In this document: piece by piece, positions 60,217 through 64,000 of the stretch
Layout of the letters: every line of letters starts with the position of its first letter
Numbering within the stretch: position 1 is the first letter of the stretch
Position numbers and translations under genes: made by a program
Notes under the pieces: model-generated
Database searches by the model: none
Told to the model about the DNA's origin: nothing
Seen by the model: the letters and a program-made list of their open reading frames with translations, nothing else
NCBI GenBank assembly: GCA_043228905.1
Contig: JBHGNT010000113.1
Location: 1-64,000, forward strand
DNA length: 64,000 nucleotides
From: Azolla caroliniana
Taxonomy: Eukaryota > Plantae > Polypodiophyta
Reading direction: 5' to 3'

Positions 60217-61002
60217 ATGGCAAAGCTTACTTCCGTATTCCTCATGGCCGTGATCATGCTCGCCGCGTGTACCGCGGCCAATGCTAGGTCTGTAGGGCGG
60301 GACCGTGAAGAGGAGCGACGCGATCGACGTCGTGAGGGAGACATTGACGAGGAGAGGCGCGATCGACGCCGAGAGGGGGAGTGCGATGACGAGAGGCGCG
60401 AGCGACGTCGTGAGGGGTTCCTTGAGGAGGGGCGCCGCTACAGAGACAACAAGAGAGACTCCGAAGAGGAAAGGGAACGTCGTAGCCGTGGTCGCGATGA
60501 GCCACGTGACGAGGAACTGAGGCGAGAGTGCAGTGATTTCATCGACAAGCAGATCCGAGAGCTACAAGAGCGCTCCGAAAGAGAGGAAGGTGAACAAGGA
60601 CGTCGCTCCCCATGGATCGAAAACACTCGATACTCAAGACCCTCGGAACGGTGCTGCAGGAACGTCGAACGAATCCCCGCCGAAGATCGATGCGATCGCC
60701 TACGTGATGCCTTGTATGCTGACGAGGAGGAACGACGCAATGATGAAGGCCGACGCCATGGCCAACAATCAAGGGAACACCGTAGCTGGGAGGAAGAGGA
60801 CGAGGAGCGCGAGAGAGATAGCAGCCGTGAGCGACGAGAGGGTGACGAACGCCGCCACCGCATGTCTCGACGACAAGAGGACGAACGTCAACAACGTCGC
60901 CAATTCAAGGCCGATGACGAGGAAAGAGCTCTAGGCGTCGCCGCCTCCCGCCTACTCCAACAGTGCGATCTTCGCCCTCGTGCTTGTATTCGTCGCTTCT
61001 AA
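60217..61002 (+). CDS. 2S albumin-like storage protein, copy 37 (G106S)
   Basis: Intact 261-aa ORF. Confidence 0.85.
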   Translation: MAKLTSVFLMAVIMLAACTAANARSVGRDREEERRDRRREGDIDEERRDRRREGECDDERRERRREGFLEEGRRYRDNKRDSEEERERRSRGRDEPRDEELRRECSDFIDKQIRELQERSEREEGEQGRRSPWIENTRYSRPSERCCRNVERIPAEDRCDRLRDALYADEEERRNDEGRRHGQQSREHRSWEEEDEERERDSSRERREGDERRHRMSRRQEDERQQRRQFKADDEERALGVAASRLLQQCDLRPRACIRRF

Positions 61003-61859
61003 ATAGTACATAAACCTTGTTCAAATTATTCTCGTGGTCTCTCTCTAATTACACCCACACGAACAAGTGCGTCTCCCCAATCGCGCATTACACCCACACG
61101 AACGTAAACACGAGCACCAACGTCCCTCCAACACGAACGTAAACACGACCACCAACGTATAGAATTTGCCTATAGGGGACCGCAAACCACCCAAACGGAA
61201 AAAAAATATCAAAGCAGAACACCCATACCGCACACGCCACGGCAACGGCTAAGGTCAACTTGTACACGCGGCGAATGTGAACTTGCTTCCACACTTGCCC
61301 GATAGGACACTCCTAGTGTGGTAGTCCGGTTAGCTTTGCTTGTCGTCGTCGTTACCAACCCCTCGTCCGAACGAGCGAGTACGGACACCGGTCTATCTAC
61401 GTTCATCGATGTAGCACACTCGGGAGCCACCACTCGTCCCGCAGTAGCCTCCGCGTGCTTAGTGTCTCGGCACTAGCGCGTGCTAGTTTAATGTGCACGT
61501 GCCCGCACACCCCTACGCGCACGCGCGAGTGCGCACATCTACCTACGTATGTATAAATGTTATGTTGCTCGACAAGCTCTCGCGCGAGGAGGAGGAGGAG
61601 TACCCGCCACAGGTTGCGCCCAGATTGTCTGGTGACAATACGACACCTAGGACTAGCCTAGACGTGTGGGAGGGTGGACTAGTTGGTATGGGTCTTGGGC
61701 AAGAGTTGTACGCAGGGACACACACGTTATGGTAATGGGAGTGGTGAGTGACATGCATGTGCTCTGATTGCATGGCCATGTGTATATATTAAAGGTGGAG
61801 GGAGCAATGTCAATACAATCCATTAGGAGACAAGCACCGGGATCATAAGGACAATCGCA

Positions 61860-62645
61860 ATGGCAAAGCTTACTTCCGTATTCCTCATGGCCGTGATCAT
61901 GCTCGCCGCGTGTACCGCGGCCAATGCTAGGTCTGTAGGGCGGGACCGTGAAGAGGAGCGATGCGATCGACGTCGTGAGGGAGACATTGACGAGGAGAGG
62001 CGCGATCGACGCCGAGAGGGGGAGTGCGATGACGAGAGGCGCGAGCGACGTCGTGAGGGGTTCCTTGAGGAGGGGCGCCGCTACAGAGACAACAAGAGAG
62101 ACTCCGAAGAGGAAAGGGAACGTCGTAGCCGTGGTCGCGATGAGCCACGTGACGAGGAACTGAGGCGAGAGTGCAGTGATTTCATCGACAAGCAGATCCG
62201 AGAGCTACAAGAGCGCTCCGAAAGAGAGGAAGGTGAACAAGGACGTCGCTCCCCATGGATCGAAAACACTCGATACTCAAGACCCTCGGAACGGTGCTGC
62301 AGGAACGTCGAACGAATCCCCGCCGAAGATCGATGCGATCGCCTACGTGATGCCTTGTATGCTGACGAGGAGGAACGACGCAATGATGAAGGCCGACGCC
62401 ATGGCCAACAATCAAGGGAACACCGTAGCTGGGAGGAAGAGGACGAGGAGCGCGAGAGAGATAGCAGCCGTGAGCGACGAGAGGGTGACGAACGCCGCCA
62501 CCGCATGTCTCGACGACAAGAGGACGAACGTCAACAACGTCGCCAATTCAAGGCCGATGACGAGGAAAGAGCTCTAGGCGTCGCCGCCTCCCGCCTACTC
62601 CAATAGTGCGATCTTCGCCCTCGTGCTTGTATTCGTCGCTTCTAA
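61860..62645 (+). pseudogene. 2S albumin-like gene copy 38 (R35C, G106S), premature stop Q249*; ORF ends at 62606 (248 aa)
   Basis: CAG>TAG at 62604-62606 removes the last 13 aa, including C250 and C257. Confidence 0.75.
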
Positions 62646-63502
62646 ATAGTACATAAACCTTGTTCAAATTATTCTCGTGGTCTCTCTCTAATTACACCCA
62701 CACGAACAAGTGCGTCTCCCCAATCGCGCATTACACCCACACGAACGTAAACACGAGCACCAACGTCCCTCCAACACGAACGTAAACACGACCACCAACG
62801 TATAGAATTTGCCTATAGGGGACCGCAAACCACCCAAACGGAAAAAAAATATCAAAGCAGAACACCCATACCGCACACGCCACGGCAACGGCTAAGGTCA
62901 ACTTGTACACGCGGCGAATGTGAACTTGCTTCCACACTTGCCCGATAGGACACTCCTAGTGTGGTAGTCCGGTTAGCTTTCCTTGTCGTCGTCGTTACCA
63001 ACCCCTCGTCCGAACGAGCGAGTACGGACACCGGTCTATCTACGTTCATCGATGTAGCACACTCGGGAGCCACCACTCGTCCCGCAGTAGCCTCCGCGTG
63101 CTTAGTGTCTCGGCACTAGCGCGTGCTAGTTTAATGTGCACGTGCCCGCACACCCCTACGCGCACGCGCGAGTGCGCACATCTACCTACGTATGTATAAA
63201 TGTTATGTTGCTCGACAAGCTCTCGCGCGAGGAGGAGGAGGAGTACCCGCCACAGGTTGCGCCCAGATTGTCTGGTGACAATACGACACCTAGGACTAGC
63301 CTAGACGTGTGGGAGGGTGGACTAGTTGGTATGGGTCTTGGGCAAGAGTTGTACGCAGGGACACACACGTTATGGTAATGGGAGTGGTGAGTGACATGCA
63401 TGTGCTCTGATTGCATGGCCATGTGTATATATTAAAGGTGGAGGGAGCAATGTCAATACAATCCATTAGGAGACAAGCACCGGGATCATAAGGACAATCG
63501 CA

Positions 63503-64000
63503 ATGGCAAAGCTTACTTCCGTATTCCTCATGGCCGTGATCATGCTCGCCGCGTGTACCGCGGCCAATGCTAGGTCTGTAGGGCGGGACCGTGAAGAGGA
63601 GCGATGCGATCGACGTCGTGAGGGAGACATTGACGAGGAGAGGCGCGATCGACGCCGAGAGGGGGAGTGCGATGACGAGAGGCGCGAGCGACGTCGTGAG
63701 GGGTTCCTTGAGGAGGGGCGCCGCTACAGAGACAACAAGAGAGACTCCGAAGAGGAAAGGGAACGTCGTAGCCGTGGTCGCGATGAGCCACGTGACGAGG
63801 AACTGAGGCAAGAGTGCGGTGATTTCATCGACAAGCAGATCCGAGAGCTACAAGAGCGCTCCGAAAGAGAGGAAGGTGAACAAGGACGTCGCTCCCCATG
63901 GATCGAAAACACTCGATACTCAAGACCCTCGGAACGGTGCTGCAGGAACGTCGAACGAATCCCCGCCGAAGATCGATGCGATCGCCTACGTGATGCCTTG
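63503..64000 (+). CDS. 2S albumin-like storage protein, copy 39 (R35C, R103Q), partial at window end
   Basis: ATG at 63503, open through ...RLRDAL at the window edge. Confidence 0.8.
   Translation, partial: MAKLTSVFLMAVIMLAACTAANARSVGRDREEERCDRRREGDIDEERRDRRREGECDDERRERRREGFLEEGRRYRDNKRDSEEERERRSRGRDEPRDEELRQECGDFIDKQIRELQERSEREEGEQGRRSPWIENTRYSRPSERCCRNVERIPAEDRCDRLRDAL

Larger units (their letters stand above)
1..64000 (+). repeat. Head-to-tail tandem gene array, ~38.9 units of 1649 bp (1643/1648-bp variants), open at both window ends
   Basis: ATG-to-ATG spacing is 1649 bp, 1643 bp (11 intervals) or 1648 bp (1 interval). All ORFs recur with that period and no unique sequence interrupts the array. 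Confidence 0.99.

Noticed and set aside
63296-63811. Unique 171-aa minus-strand ORF
   Set aside because: Created by the single R103Q SNP providing a TTG start on the antisense frame; no independent coding evidence.
1-64000. Pure assembly or concatemer artefact, or a transgene array
   Set aside because: Units carry structured, shared and biologically biased variants (CpG transitions, linked SNPs), and no vector or marker sequence is seen. Exact copy number and order still need read-level confirmation.

Overview
The whole 64 kb window is one head-to-tail tandem array of a ~1649-bp unit (11 units are 1643 bp, one is 1648 bp). It holds 38 complete gene copies plus partial copies at both edges, so the array continues beyond the window on both sides. 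Each unit carries one intronless + strand gene for a 261-aa secreted protein: a signal peptide, about 26% Arg with roughly balancing Glu/Asp, and a prolamin-superfamily cysteine skeleton (C..CC..xxC..C..C). The best reading is a land-plant 2S albumin-type seed/spore storage protein. Each gene has its own compact maturation-type promoter (G-box, ABRE-like ACGT cores, two RY/Sph elements, TATA box). Units are >99% identical. About 35 variants seen by eye indicate concerted evolution: neighbours share alleles, some units are mosaic, and several markers recur at a 23-unit (37,890 bp) offset. Three copies are disrupted (R50*, a frameshift, Q249*). The protein seems to have lost both partners of the canonical C1-C5 disulfide and has very long Arg/Glu insertions. 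No transposase, rRNA, tRNA or CRISPR is evident. Family and lineage calls are by motif recognition only; no search was run.
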